Assembly (NCBI GenBank): GCA_951406725.2
Contig: OX597834.1
Location: 33,356,001-33,420,000 of the forward strand
Reading direction: 5' to 3'
DNA: 64,000 nucleotides
DNA from: Octopus vulgaris
Taxonomy: Eukaryota
The notes below the pieces were generated by a model. The model was given only the letters and a program-made list of their open reading frames with translations. It ran no database searches and was not told the origin of the DNA. A program made the translations under genes and the position numbers. Within the stretch, counting starts at the first letter, position 1. Each line of letters begins with the position of its first letter. Shown piece by piece: positions 36,892 to 50,306 of the stretch.

Positions 36892-37122
36892 TTTCTTTAC
36901 TACCCACAAGGGGCTAAACATAGAGGGGACAAACAAGGACAGACAAACTGATTAAGTCGATCACATCGAACCCAGTGCGTAACTGGTACTTAATTTATCG
37001 ACCCCGAAAGGATGAAAGGTAAAGTCGACCTCGGCGGAATTTGAACTCAGAACGTAACGGCAGACGAAATACGGCTACGCATTTCGCCCGGCGGGCTAAC
37101 GTTTCTGCCAGCTCGCCGCCTT
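36892..37122 (-). mobile_element. full-length SINE family B (tail 1)
   Basis: Near-identical to 32533-32767. Confidence 0.9.
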
Positions 37123-37154
37123 CATGTATATATGTATATATACATACATATATT

Positions 37155-37232
<78 letters not shown>

Positions 37233-37580
37233 TGTGTGTGTGTGTGTGAGTGCGCGTGTGGTTTCTTTAGACACGGTTTAACGCACCTACACACACATAC
37301 ATACATACGTACATAGGAACAGGTACACAGACTGAAATAACCTCAGAAATTTGGACGCACAACAACAAAAGACTTTTTTTTGAAAGACATGGAGATGACA
37401 CAAACTGAACCTCACCCGCCATCCCTCACCCCCACACGCGTGCGCGCACACACACACACACACACACACCTATGTATCCATATATATATAGTGACAGGTA
37501 CACAATTAATCTATGCACGTGTTTATAGCGAGAAAGTGTCTAGCCAGGTGTATATAATATTCATACATACTTCCCTTTAC

Positions 37581-37781
37581 CTCCGCCAAGTCGTCTTTGT
37601 TATCTGAACAGAAGAAACGGTTGAGAGACGTTAAGAGTTTTTCATAACAGAAAGTGGGGGTGGTGGTGGTGGTGACGGCCACAGCGGTGGTGTCGGCGGT
37701 AGTGGTAGCGGTGGTGGTGGTGATGAGGTTGGCGGCAGTGGTGATGCTTGTTTCGGTGGAGATAATGATGTGAGTTGTAGC

Positions 37782-37816
<35 letters not shown>

Positions 37817-37914
37817 CAGCAGTAGTTGTAGTAGGGGTGGTGGTGGTGGTGGTAGTGGTAATAGTAGTAGTTGTAGTAGGGTGGTGGTAGTAGTAGTAGT
37901 AGTAGAAGTAGTTT

Positions 37915-37947
<33 letters not shown>

Positions 37948-38285
37948 CAGCAGCAGTAGTAGTTGTAGTAGGGGTGGTGGTGGTGGTGGTGGTAACGGCG
38001 GCCGTGGTAGTCATGCTTGTATTAGTGGGAGTGGTTGTGATGATGATAACGGTGGTGGTGGTTGTAGTGGTGGTGGTACTTGGGCTTTCGTGTAGATGAT
38101 GGTGGCATTATGGTGGTGGTAGTAGTGGTGGTGGCGATGGTGTTGATGCTGATGATGCTGATGATGGTGGTGATGGTGAAGGTTGCCGTCGTAATCATAG
38201 TGGTGAAGGGCGGTGGTAGTTTTGGTGGGGGCTGGTGTTGGGAGGTTTTCGTGGGTGATGGCCGTTATAGCAGCTATCTTGTCTC
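37581..38285 (-). other. candidate large exon (UTR or Thr-rich coding) made of decayed trinucleotide repeats
   Basis: Acceptor ATATACAG|GAGA at 38286, donor GAG|GTAAAG at 37580; terminal frame TFCYEKLLTSLNRFFCSDNKDDLAE. Confidence 0.3.
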
Positions 38286-38348
38286 CTGTATATTTACAAA
38301 ATTCATATTTATAACCAAACACACACGGGCTTTCATATATTACACGCT

Positions 38349-38388
<40 letters not shown>

Positions 38389-38857
38389 TATACATACACA
38401 CAATAGACACACGTTCACACGCACCCGAAATCCCAAAGCACTTACATTTGAAAATTGACATTCATGTATATGGAGACCCCACGCTTAAACATGCTTATGC
38501 ACAAATGCGCATGCGTAGACTTAATAGTTTCACATGTCACAGATACGCGAATTGCTTTAAAGTTATGTACTCGTTGAGCCAGGTTTAGGGCCAATCCCTA
38601 TAAATAGATAAAATGAATAACTAAAGACCACCTCATCGAACTTTGAGGCGGGGTAAAGAGCTTCCGAAACAGACTTATTCCGTTATTCACAACTTCTCTT
38701 CTCTCGGTGGTGGTGACAAACTCGAACACACACACACACACACGTATATGTATATGGCTTTATTAGAACTGAATGCATGTCTCATCACTCGAGTTTCACA
38801 CAAATTCGATCTTCAGGCCAGAACATACGTATTTGTGAAGAGTTCAACATGACACAT

Positions 38858-39179
38858 GTTGAACCTTTTAAACTACAGCTGACATGTACGAACTTTCACT
38901 GCCTCTAGATACACTTCACATATGTTTTCCAAATGCTTCTGTAGCGGTACTTTTATTTCGAAACTCATACAGTAAACAGCAGCGAAAATGTTGTTTCATA
39001 AAGTTCTTATCTTCTATGGGGTTAATTACCGAAATTACTATGAATGACACACTGCTGGACAAAAGAGATGATACACCATATCTAGCCAGTTCCCGCCCCC
39101 TCGATTTTGGCCCTGACGTGATTGGCTGATTCATATTTCACAATAGTGAAAAAACGCAATTACTTTCTGAATACCCTTA
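38858..39179 (-). mobile_element. mariner transposon 5' end (TIR + N-terminal HTH)
   Basis: TIR-like AGGGTATTCAGAAAGTAATTGCGTTTTTT; MKQHFRCCLLYEFRNKSTATEAF.NICEVYLEAVKVRTCQL*FKRF. Confidence 0.8.
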
Positions 39180-39821
39180 CACACACACACACACACGGAC
39201 CTATATTAGTTTCTCTCAACCAAATCCACTCACTAGGCACTGTTGGACTCCAGGCTATAGTAGAAAATACTTGACCAAGATGCCACGCAGTGAGTTTGAA
39301 CCCGGAACCATTGTGGTTGGGCATCAAACCCCTTACTACACAGCCAACTTGGGCTTCAGCTTGGTGTTCTTTTATTGCAACAGTTACATATGCTTCAGTA
39401 TTCCGTAATAAATGATGTCACACAAGAAATGCAGTGCTTAGATGCACCTCTTAGTTCTCGTCTGTCCGAGGAGGTCTCCTGCTTTAATTCTGTAAGCTAC
39501 ACAAATGAGGTGCATCTGCGTTGCATTTATAGTATGACATCAGGTGCTACCAAATACTGAAAAATATGTAACATATACACCAAATTCAGGCACAGGTTCT
39601 TTTCTTTCATTATTGATATAAACTTTATATTATGCTATAGCCTTCCCCAGACCGAATAGAACTGTATGGGACCCCTATGGGATCACACAACGGTGGACGT
39701 TTAAGGCAATTACCAATAAGAGCCGAAACCTGAACGGTAAAATTATGGCGCACTGAGCACATCTACTCTTAACGTGTGTATGTGTGTGTGCGCGCGTATA
39801 TGTATGCATACACATACACAC

Positions 39822-39878
<57 letters not shown>

Positions 39879-40048
39879 TATATACATATACATATATACA
39901 TATTCCTGCTACATGCTAAACTTCTGGAATTTTTTACATGTTTTCTACGGTATTGGTAATGGTTTCTAATTGTAATTCCTTAATTAGCCAGGCCCCTTCT
40001 GATTTCCAAAATTGGTGCCGAAGCAGTTAGCTACATATCTAAGTGCAT

Positions 40049-40101
<53 letters not shown>

Positions 40102-40435
40102 TATGCATGAATGCATGCGTGAATGTATATTGGTGTGTACGTACAGATGCCTGCATGTATGTATATATAAGTAGTGTATGTGTGTAAGTATTTATGTATG
40201 TGTGTATGTATTCTTGGTTTAATTTTCGAATTTCTCGCCAACGGATAAAAAGTCAATTTCCTAGCATAGAATCAAGAATCTCTGGAATTTAGCCACCAAA
40301 AAACAAGGGAAGTCTGCAAAGTATTATAGGTGCAAGCGTGGATATATGGTGAGAAATTTGCTTCCCAACCACATGGTCCCGGGATCGGCTCCTTGTGTAA
40401 GTATCTTCTGTATTAACCCCCGGCTTAATAATATC

Positions 40436-40712
40436 ACGTACCTGAATCGAAGTGGGGACAATGATGGCGAAATATCGAGATCCATAACTCCTTAAGACAT
40501 AACAACCTTAAGACATTTATTAGATGGCCGTTGACTCTCAAGAGTTCCTCCGCCCTTTGACGGGTTTTGTTTTTCATCCCACAGGGTGTCCAATAAACAC
40601 CCTCCTCACCAAGCAAGCTTGGTGGGGTTGCGGGTTTAGTCGCCGACGACCCGACCATGCAACAGGTTGTACTGGGTTACATGTTACCAGTAACACTCGA
40701 AAGTGACCTGAC
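40436..40712 (-). mobile_element. structured dispersed repeat, copy 1 (probable LINE 5' end)
   Basis: Shares TAACATGTAA...CATGGT...TTGGACA...GTCAAC with 41975-42185 and 46628-46862; 3' part overlaps fragment 49930-50010. Confidence 0.65.
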
Positions 40713-40731
40713 ATGTATACATACATACATA

Positions 40732-40772
<41 letters not shown>

Positions 40773-40986
40773 ATGTGTGTGTGTGTATATATGTATATGT
40801 GTATATGTATACACGTGTGTGTGTGTGTGTGTATATATGTGTATATGTATACAAGTGTGTGTGTGTGTGTATATGTGTATATGTATACACGTGTGTGTGT
40901 TCCAGCAATGCTTGACAACCGGTGTTGGTATGTTTACATCTCCGAAACGGTTTGGCAAAAAAAAAATCTTTACACCACTTCAAACC

Positions 40987-41059
<73 letters not shown>

Positions 41060-41119
41060 GGCGGTGCATCAGCATGGCCGCAGCTCTGAGCTGAAACTAG
41101 AAAAAAAAAATATATATAT

Positions 41120-41278
41120 ATTATATAAAATTCGTTCTGTCTGTCTGAGTGTGTGTCTTCTAGGATCTCGGGCATCCTCCATCCGATATTTGATATGTAG
41201 ATACCGACGGTATCAGGGCGTGTATAAGTCTTGAAAAAATTACAAAAATCGATTCCAGGTGAGAATGCGATCGATTAC
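41120..41278 (+). mobile_element. possible Helitron 5' fragment
   Basis: TATATAAAATTCGTTCTGTCTGTCTGAGTGTGTGTC...ATCCGAT...TTTGATATGTAGATA resembles the 5' layout of the 35969-36336 Helitron; no 3' end. Confidence 0.4.
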
Positions 41279-41617
41279 TGGTACTTTAAACTCTTCGGTT
41301 GCATATTTGTGTGAATAAAATCATTTTTCTTTGGAATAGAAAATAAGTCTATCTTTATTTCTTCTTTTGCTGGTGTCTCAAATTTAGGTTCAATCAGTGT
41401 TTCTGAAAATGAAGGCCTATGGGATGGTTGGGCAAGTTGTTTTGAGAAAATTTGGCTTAAATGTTTGACAACTCAGCACCGTCCATTGGACGGGGGGGGG
41501 GGGCGTTTTGCTTGTGTGTATATATATACATATAGTAAAAATGTTGAAGCTTTGGTTGTGCATGTGTGCTATAAGCGATATAGCAAGTGTCATATTTGAG
41601 ATTTCCTTCTCCTGAAG

Positions 41618-41949
41618 CAGTGGTCCTCAACAGGGGTCCATACAGCCCCTGAGGGTCCATATGAGATTTTGGGGTTCACGCAACAAAAAAGCAAATTGGG
41701 CATTCACAATAGTATTTTAAGAGGCACTGAAAATTTTTTACTTTAGATGTATTACAGCAAACAGCTAGATTTCTTTCTCTGACATTTTACTTATTTCAAC
41801 CTCCACAAGTTAATGTGTGAAAAGCAAAATAGGAATTTTGAAAGAAGTTTTTATAAGACTAGTTTTTAAAATCGAATGGCTATGAGGGTCTACCAGAATA
41901 AAATAATAAGCAAAGGGGTCCACAGATAAAAATTAGTTGAGAACACCCG
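41618..41949. mobile_element. hAT MITE
   Basis: TIRs CAGTGGTCCTCAAC / GTTGAGAACACCCG; 8-bp TSD TCCTGAAG vs TCCTAAAG; relatives at 22000-22161 and 46910-47715. Confidence 0.8.
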
Positions 41950-41974
41950 TCCTAAAGGAACATTTAAACAAAAA

Positions 41975-42185
41975 CTAAGGGGTCTCTCATCCCTATTTTT
42001 TGGATGGCTGTTGACTGATTTCATCCGGCTTTTGAAATGTTTTATTTCCCGTCTTGCAGGATGTCCAATGAAAACCAACCGCCTTACCGCACCGGATGAG
42101 TAGGTTTGCCGGTTTTGTTGCGGATGGCCTAACCATGTGACAAGTTGTTCCGTATTACATGTTAATATTAGTAATGTGAGATTAT
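41975..42185 (-). mobile_element. structured dispersed repeat, copy 3 (most diverged)
   Basis: TAACATGTAAT...TTGTCACATGGTT...AACCGGCAA...TTGGACATCC. Confidence 0.55.
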
Positions 42186-42611
42186 AGTGTAGGACTGGGT
42201 TTGTGCAAAACCGAGAAAAGCAAAACACTCAATGAAAAATTCCGTGATGGAAATGAAGGTATGTGTTAGCAAGGGGGTGGGGATCTCTGGACACCTGTCG
42301 CAAGAGGTGTTCAAGGATTTCCATTTGTGCTACGAGTGTTTTTAGCCGTGAACCGTTAACCGCAAGTAATAAGTGGAATATCACCAAGCCCCATCTTTTG
42401 CTCCCTTTTATTCGCCACCCTGTCTTTGATCATAGACATAAACGTACAATCAGCCATACTCAAGTTGGCAGAGCAGTTAACGATGGCAGACGACATTCAA
42501 GTAAAACTGGATACCGGAACAAAACAAAGAAACATCTATGTATAGATTGGCGCTTCCTCCAACAAGCAAACAAACAAACAAGTAAATAAATGAATAAATA
42601 AAATAAACAGC

Positions 42612-42939
42612 CAAAAAAAAGGAGCACTCCGTCGGTTACAACGACGAGGGTCCCAGCTGATACGATCAACGGAATAGCTTGCTCGTGGAATTAACGTGCA
42701 AGTGACTGAGCAATCCACAGACACGTGTACCCCTAACGTAGTTCTCAGGGAGATTCAGCGTGACACAAAGTGTGACAAGACCGGCCCTTTGAAATACAGG
42801 TACAACTCATTTTTGCTAGCTGAGTGGACTGGAGCAACATGAAATAAAGTGTCTTGCTCAAGGACACAACGCATCGCCGGGAATCGAACTCACGACCTTA
42901 CAATCGAATGCCCTAACCACTAAGCCACGCGCCTTCACT
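42612..42939 (-). mobile_element. full-length SINE (head H2 + CORE/V-like body + tail T1) with 13-bp TSD
   Basis: TGGCTTAGTGGTTAGGGC, GAGTTCGATTCCC; TAAAATAAACAGC at 42599-42611 and 42940-42952. Confidence 0.9.
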
Positions 42940-43516
42940 TAAAATAAACAGCAACGTGACCATTAAAGCCGGAAATTTTCGTCATTACGAACAGAACGAA
43001 GCGCTTTTATTTGACTTGTAGAAACAAAGAATTAAAAACCAACAAATAAAATACGGAATCCGTTCGTGATCTGGGCGAAATAACGTCTGCTGTAGATGCA
43101 TCATTTTCAAAACACTTCCATAAGCTGTCAACTTCTTACTAAGAAAGCGAAAAATTCAGTGTCTGGGTCCCGAGAATTTTCGTTTACCAGAAATTCAATA
43201 CGTCATGTTAAATTCTCTAGTAATCACTTATCTTGAGCTGGGCTAGTGATGACTGCTCACATCTCTGGTCTCTCAGTAGCCCGGGCCTTATCAAACGAGT
43301 GGGGAAAAGTAGAAGAGATCATTCACGAAGCATGAATAACCGCAAATAACCCGAGTCAGAGACCTGAACTATCTTGAGATGTCTGTAACCATTATGTGGC
43401 TTCTCTCTCGGGAACGCCGACGTGAATGTATGTATGTGTGTGTGTATAGTGGGGTGAGGATATATACACACACGAACGTGCGCCATGCAAGTATGATGTC
43501 TCATGTTAAAAATATC

Positions 43517-44167
43517 GCATCTTTTCCTTTTGAACGGCAGATGTCAACACAATTTCTAATTAACTAAACACTTTTAAACTTCGTATACTGGTAGAATGTG
43601 TTTATAAAACATCATTTTCTCTTGGTTTTACTGAGAAAATTCTATAGTTTGTAAGATATTTCGTCTGAAAATCCGAGCATTTCGGCAATTTTAACCAATC
43701 GATTACCTCCATTCAACTAAACTCATTTGCTGCGTCTAAAACTGAGACAACATCCTGTAACTAACCCTAAACCTCCCCCCAACCGTAACCCTAACCCTAA
43801 ATTTTTTTTTCTTAATTGTTAAATTAATTTAATTCCATTGCTTTAGTTTTTTTTACACGCGTAACAATCAAATTAATTTAACAATTAAGAAAAAAAAACT
43901 TAGGATTAGGGTTAGGGTTAGGGAGCGGTTTAGGGTTAGTTACAGGATGTTGTCTCAGTTTTAGACGCAGCAAATGATTTTAGCTCAAAAGAGAGCATAA
44001 GATTGGTTAAAATTCGAAAAATTAAACTACGTTAAACAAACAAATTACAATTTTCTCAAGAAAGCCAAGAGAAAAAAATGTTTTATTTTGACACATTCTA
44101 CCAGTATACGAAGTTTTAAAGTGTTTAGTTAACTAGAAATTGTCTGCCGTTTAAAAGGAAAAGATCC
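43517..44167. mobile_element. fold-back (Mutator-like) non-autonomous element with ~300-bp TIRs containing CCCTAA/TTAGGG repeats
   Basis: Termini GCATCTTTTCCTTTTGAACGGCAG / CTGCCGTTTAAAAGGAAAAGATCC; TSD AAAATATC at 43509-43516 and 44168-44175; arms complementary almost to the centre. Confidence 0.88.
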
Positions 44168-44324
44168 AAAATATCCTACACAAGTCGGAAGATACGGAAA
44201 AAAAAAACTATTCTTACTATAAGCACAAAGCATGAACACAGTCTAATAACTGTAAGTAAAAGATTGTTATATAATAATCTGGGGGTTGTGGGGTCGTGTT
44301 CTGTGGGTGAAATCAGTTGTTTTA

Positions 44325-44721
44325 GGCGCAGGCGTGGCAGTGCGGCAATAAGTTTGCTTCTCAACTACATGGTTCCGGGTTCAGCCCCACTGCATAACGC
44401 TTTGGGCAAGTGTCTTCTACTATAGCCTCGGGCCAACCAATGCCTTGAGAGTGGATTTCGTAGACGGAAACTGAAAGAAGCCTGTCATTTATGTTTTTTT
44501 ATTCTTTTATTTGTTTTAGTTATTTGATTGCGGCCATGCTGGAGCACCGCCCTAAAGAGTCGAAGAAATCGATCCTAAAGAGTTGAAGAAATCGATCCCA
44601 AGATTCTTTGTAAGCCTAGTACTTATTCTATCGGTGTCTTTTGCCGAACTGCTTATGCAACGGGACGTAAACACACCTACATCGGTTGTCAAGCGATGGT
44701 TGGGTGGGATAAGCACTATAC

Positions 44722-44783
<62 letters not shown>

Positions 44784-45325
44784 CGGGCTTCTTTCAGTTT
44801 CCATCTATCAAATCTACTCACAAGGCTTTGGTTGGCCCGAGGCTATAGTAAAAAAACACTTGCTCAAGGTGTCACGCAGTGGGACTGAAACCGGAACCAT
44901 ATGGTTGGGAAGCAAGCCTTTTACCACACAGCCACGCCTGCGCCTATATCGCCTGTCGTTACGTTCTGAGTTCAAATTCCGCCGAGGTCGACTTTGCCTT
45001 TCATCCTTTCGGGGTCGATAAATAAAGTACCCGTTTCGCACTGGGGGCGAGCTAATCGACTTAATTCCTATGTTTGTCCCCTCTGTGTAGCCCCTTGTGG
45101 GCAATAAAGAAATATATATGTATATATGTGTCTTTGTGAATGATAATCGTCCACCCACCACCACCACCACCACCAACGACAACACTTGACAACCGGTGTT
45201 GGTGTGTTTGCTTTCCCGTAACTGGCTTGACAAAAATGAGTACTGGGATCGATCCGTTCGACTAAAAATTATTCAAGGCGTTGCCCCAGCATGACCGCAG
45301 TCCAATGAGTGAAACAAATTAAAGA
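44325..45325. mobile_element. nested SINE cluster: A(+) 5' half, full A(-), B(+) fragment, A(+) 3' half
   Basis: 44325-44487 head; 44500-44945 reverse full copy; 44950-45112 family B; 45125-45325 family A tail. Confidence 0.75.
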
Positions 45326-45889
45326 TAAGAGATTACAGATAGAAGATATATATGTATGTATCCTTGAAATGTGACTTCGTGTGTCGTTGGGCGTGAAGAG
45401 CGTTGCTGTATGCAAATGAGCTACTTCGGGCTCCTCCCACCGCCCGTTGACACTGTAGCGAAGTAGGACGACGTCGCCCCAGGCTTGCTTTTTGTAGATT
45501 GTAATAATATCGTTTTCCTCACGTTTAAAACAATGTCTATGTAACAAGATAGACACACACACACACACACATGCTGATACGTACATTTACACATATATAT
45601 ATATATATATATATATACAGAGCTACATGTGTGTATATATATATTTATTCACACTCCCATATAGCCTTTCATTTATCGTCTTTCCCACCTGTCTCTTTGT
45701 GTGTTGCACACACACACACATACACGCGCGCGCGCGCACGCACACACACACAACGTGAGTGTGTGTGAGTGTGTGTGTATGTGTGTGTATAAATATATGC
45801 ACAAGCATACTTCCCGAATCTCGTTCACACAGAAAACACATTCTCATGCATATACAGTATATATACATACATACATATATATACAGCAT

Positions 45890-46071
<182 letters not shown>

Positions 46072-46521
46072 CGTTTTACACACACACACACACACACGTG
46101 TATATATGTAAAATGCATATAATTAGTTTATATATAAAATAAAAGAGACCGACAAAATATGTTCCAGGCTTAAAGATATAAGAAATTGGGTTGATTTGTT
46201 CGACTGAAAACTCTTCCAGGCGGTTCCGCAGCATTGGTCGCCGTCCAATGACGGAAACAAGAGAATGAGAAAAAAGTTATCTGTGTGTTGTGTGCGTGTC
46301 AGTGTGTGTATGTGCGTGTGTGTGTGTGTGTGTGAGTGTCAGTGTGTGTGTGTGTGTGTGTCAGTGTGTGTGTGTGTGTGTGTGTGTCAGTGTCAGTGTG
46401 TGTGTGTGTGTGAGTGTCAGTGTGTGTGTGTGTGTGAGTGTCAGTGTGTGTGTGTGTGTGTGCGTGCGTGCGTGTGCGTGCGTGTGTGTGTGTGTGTGTG
46501 AGTGTCAGTGTGTGCGAGTGT

Positions 46522-46568
<47 letters not shown>

Positions 46569-46627
46569 TGTCAGCGTGTGTGTGTGTGTATGCGTGCGTG
46601 CGTGCGTGTGTGTGTGTGAGTGAGTAA

Positions 46628-46862
46628 GTGAGATTACTCTCGGTGCTCCTGCTAACATGTAACCCAATACATCCTGTCGCATGGTCGGCCGTAGGCGACT
46701 CAACCGACAACTCTTGTCGAGTCTGCTTGATAAGGGAAGGAAGGGAGAAGCGGTTTTAGTTGGACAGCGTGGAAGACGAAAGACGAAACCTTGTCAAGAG
46801 GGCGAATGAACTGAACAGAGTCAACGTCCAGCCGACAGCTGGGAGTGAGGATCCCTCAGTCT
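46628..46862 (+). mobile_element. structured dispersed repeat, copy 2
   Basis: TAACATGTAACCCAATACATCCTGTCGCATGGTCGG...CGACTCAACCGACA. Confidence 0.65.
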
Positions 46863-46909
46863 CTTGAAGGAAAATTCTCACATAACAATTAGCATGCAAT
46901 GATGTAAAC

Positions 46910-47715
46910 CAGCGGTCCTCAACAGGGATCCATTATAACTCTTTGGCGTGCACGTGAGCCTTGGCGGTCCACAGGGCCGGCCCTACTTTCGGTGGCGCCC
47001 CGGGCAAATTGAACTTCGGCGTGTACAAGCTGACGGTCGTGGAAACTTCCTTGTCTTTGTCACGCACCTCCTAGCACATGGCGCCCCGGGCGACTGACTA
47101 CCCGAGTTGCCGGCACCTTGAGCCGGCCTTGGGAAGGTTTATATAAATAAAGTGATATAGGCGTAGGAGTGGCTGTGTGGTAAGTAGCTTGCTTACCAAC
47201 CACATGGTTCCGGGTTCAGTCCCACTGCGTGGCATCTTGGGCAAGTGTCTTCTGCTATAGCCTCGGGCCGACCAATGCCTTGTGAGTGGATTTGGTAGAC
47301 GGAAACTGAAAGAAGCCTGTCGTATATATGTATATATATATGTGTGTGTGTGTGTGTATGTTTGTGTGTCTGTGTTTGTCGCCCTAGCATTGCTTGACAA
47401 CCGATGCTGGTGTGTTTACGTCCCCGTCACTTAGCGGTTCGGCAAAAGAGACCGATAGAATAAGTACTGGGCTTAGAAAGTATAAGTGCTGGGGTCGATA
47501 AGCTCGACTAAAGGCGGAGCTCCAGCATGGCCGCAGTCAAATGACTGAAACAAATAAAAGAGTAAAAGAGTACTTCTACAATACACAAAATATCTCAACA
47601 TTTTTTAAAAAAACAATTCTTAATATTTAATTATGAAAATATTAGAGGATTTTTTTAAAACATCGAATGGCTATGAGGATCCACCCGAGTAAAATAGAAA
47701 TGAGAGGGGTCTCTG
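46910..47715 (+). mobile_element. hAT MITE (41618 family) interrupted by a GC-rich TIR element (46972-47131) and a SINE A
   Basis: CAGCGGTCCTCAACAGGG start; ATCGAATGGCTATGAGG body at 47662; inner CAGGGCCGGC...GCCGGCCTTG. Confidence 0.65.
47160..47571 (+). mobile_element. full-length SINE family A
   Basis: Near-identical to 29770-30175. Confidence 0.92.
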
Positions 47716-48071
47716 GTGTAGACTAGTTATTCTTTTGTGGCAAATGTAGACGTCGTTTAGCAATTAGGATTGTCCCTCTGCAATGCTTTTCCTCATTGTG
47801 AAAAGCTTGTGGCACATGCATCGTTCGATTCTTATATCTCAATTAATCTGTTTTTTATGTGTTTTGTACTCGGCTGGCCGAAGCCGAGAAAGGCAAAGCA
47901 TTCAGGAATGAAGAAGGCATCTGTCAGCACGGGTGGTAAGCTCTTTTAACACCCACTGCAAGAGACGCACCCGTCGTTGTTTTACCACCGTGGGAAAGAG
48001 GGTGGCTCCCTAGCAGGACTGAAAAAACTACAGCTGATCTACTCGATTTGCTGCTATCGCATAAATATATC

Positions 48072-48108
<37 letters not shown>

Positions 48109-48352
48109 ATGCTTACATGGATGCATGTATCCATGCATGAGAATCGAATTTCGACGTGCAAAAGACTTACAGAAAAAGACGAAGAACAAATAAGTGCGAA
48201 AATCTTCTTTCGCATCAGCCACGGGAAATCAAACTAAGGTGTTAGTTTAACGTCCGAAGACATTAAACTCCACGATACTTCTCGTTGTGGCAGTGATATA
48301 AGGAATCTAACTTAGGTGAAGAACACCGCCCCCCCACCACGCACACACACAC

Positions 48353-48412
<60 letters not shown>

Positions 48413-48454
48413 CAGGAATCGGGAGGTTTTTGTGTCGCATCCTGTATTGAAAGA

Positions 48455-48880
<426 letters not shown>

Positions 48881-50009
48881 GTCTGTGTTTATAATTCAAA
48901 GCGGACTATAGACTATATCTGTGGATTTTATTCTCTACGTCATGTAATATAGACAGATGTTAATACATCGTTCTAAAATAGAATATCTTCGAAGAATTCA
49001 ATAATTGAAATTTTAAAATCGGACTTTGGAATATAAATTTACATAGAATTTTAGTGGAAACTTTTAATTTAGACTATTTTAAACCGAAATTTCTGTCATA
49101 GAACCAGAAGCGGTCTTAGACAGATCCCAGGTTTGTATTAAATGGATTAAGATTTTAGACATTCGTAATAATTCATGCTCAAGCGTCTTGTAAGGGTGCT
49201 GTTCATATTTTTGCTTAGCACAAATATAATCAACAAAACAAGGTTTTTCTGTTGCACTCTCTATCGAAAGATCTATCTATATGCGTGCGTTTATGATTTA
49301 AAGCGGACTATAAACTATATCTATGGATTTTATTCTCTCTGCTCAATGTAATATAGACAGATCTAAAATACACAGTTTTTAAATAAAATATCTTCAAAGA
49401 CAGGAAAAAGACGGAGTTTTTTCAGCTCTGTCTTGCAACCGATTACCGTCTTTGAACTGTCGACGATAACGTTAGTTATTTACCGACTATTTCTCAGGGT
49501 TTAAGTAAACTGGAAAGACTGATTTGCATAAATAGCGCATTGTTAGTAGCTAGTTCAATGAATAAATTACCTGTACGTTAATCGCGTATTGTTTCGCTGT
49601 TTTATATTGAATAAGCATTGAAACAAAAGCCAAAGTTGACATACCAGAACAGAGGTGTGTGCATATATATATATATATATTGCTTCAGTCATATATATAT
49701 ATATATTTTCTTTTCTCTTTTACTTGTTTCAGTCATTAGACTGTGGCCATGCTGGGGCACCACCTCAATATATATATTTATATATATATTTGTTTCAGTC
49801 ATTTGACTGCGGTCATGCAGGAGCACCGCCTATAGTTGGGAAAATTGACCCCAGGACTTAATCTTTGTAAGCATTAACACTTATTCTATCGCTAGGTTAC
49901 GGGGAAGTTAACACACCAGCTTGAGCCAAGGTCCGTTTGAGCTGGTCTTTAAAATGGAATATCGGATACGCTGCACGTGACCTGCCCAGCGGAGACGATG
50001 GCGAAGAAT

Positions 50010-50306
50010 GGTCCCAGCTGATTCGATCAACGGAACAGCTGCCCGTGAAATTAACATGCAAATGGCTGAGCACTCCACAAACACGTGTACCCTTAATGTA
50101 GTTCTCAGGGAAATTTAGCGTGACATAGAATGTGACAAGGCTGGCCCCTTTGAAATACAGGTACTACTCATTTTTGCTAGCTGAGTGGACTGGAGAAACG
50201 TTAAATAAAGAATCTTGCTCAAGGACACAACGCGTCGCCGGGAGTTGAACTCACGACTTTACGATCGTGAGCCGAATGCCCTAACAACTAAGCCACGCGC
50301 CTTCAC
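50010..50306 (-). mobile_element. SINE (H2 + T1), back-to-back with a SINE A at 50326-50705 (+)
   Basis: Matches 42650-42939. Confidence 0.85.

Noticed and set aside
43760-43940. Telomere fusion site (head-to-head telomeric repeats)
   Set aside because: Only a few units, oriented CCCTAA then TTAGGG, embedded in a TSD-flanked fold-back transposon
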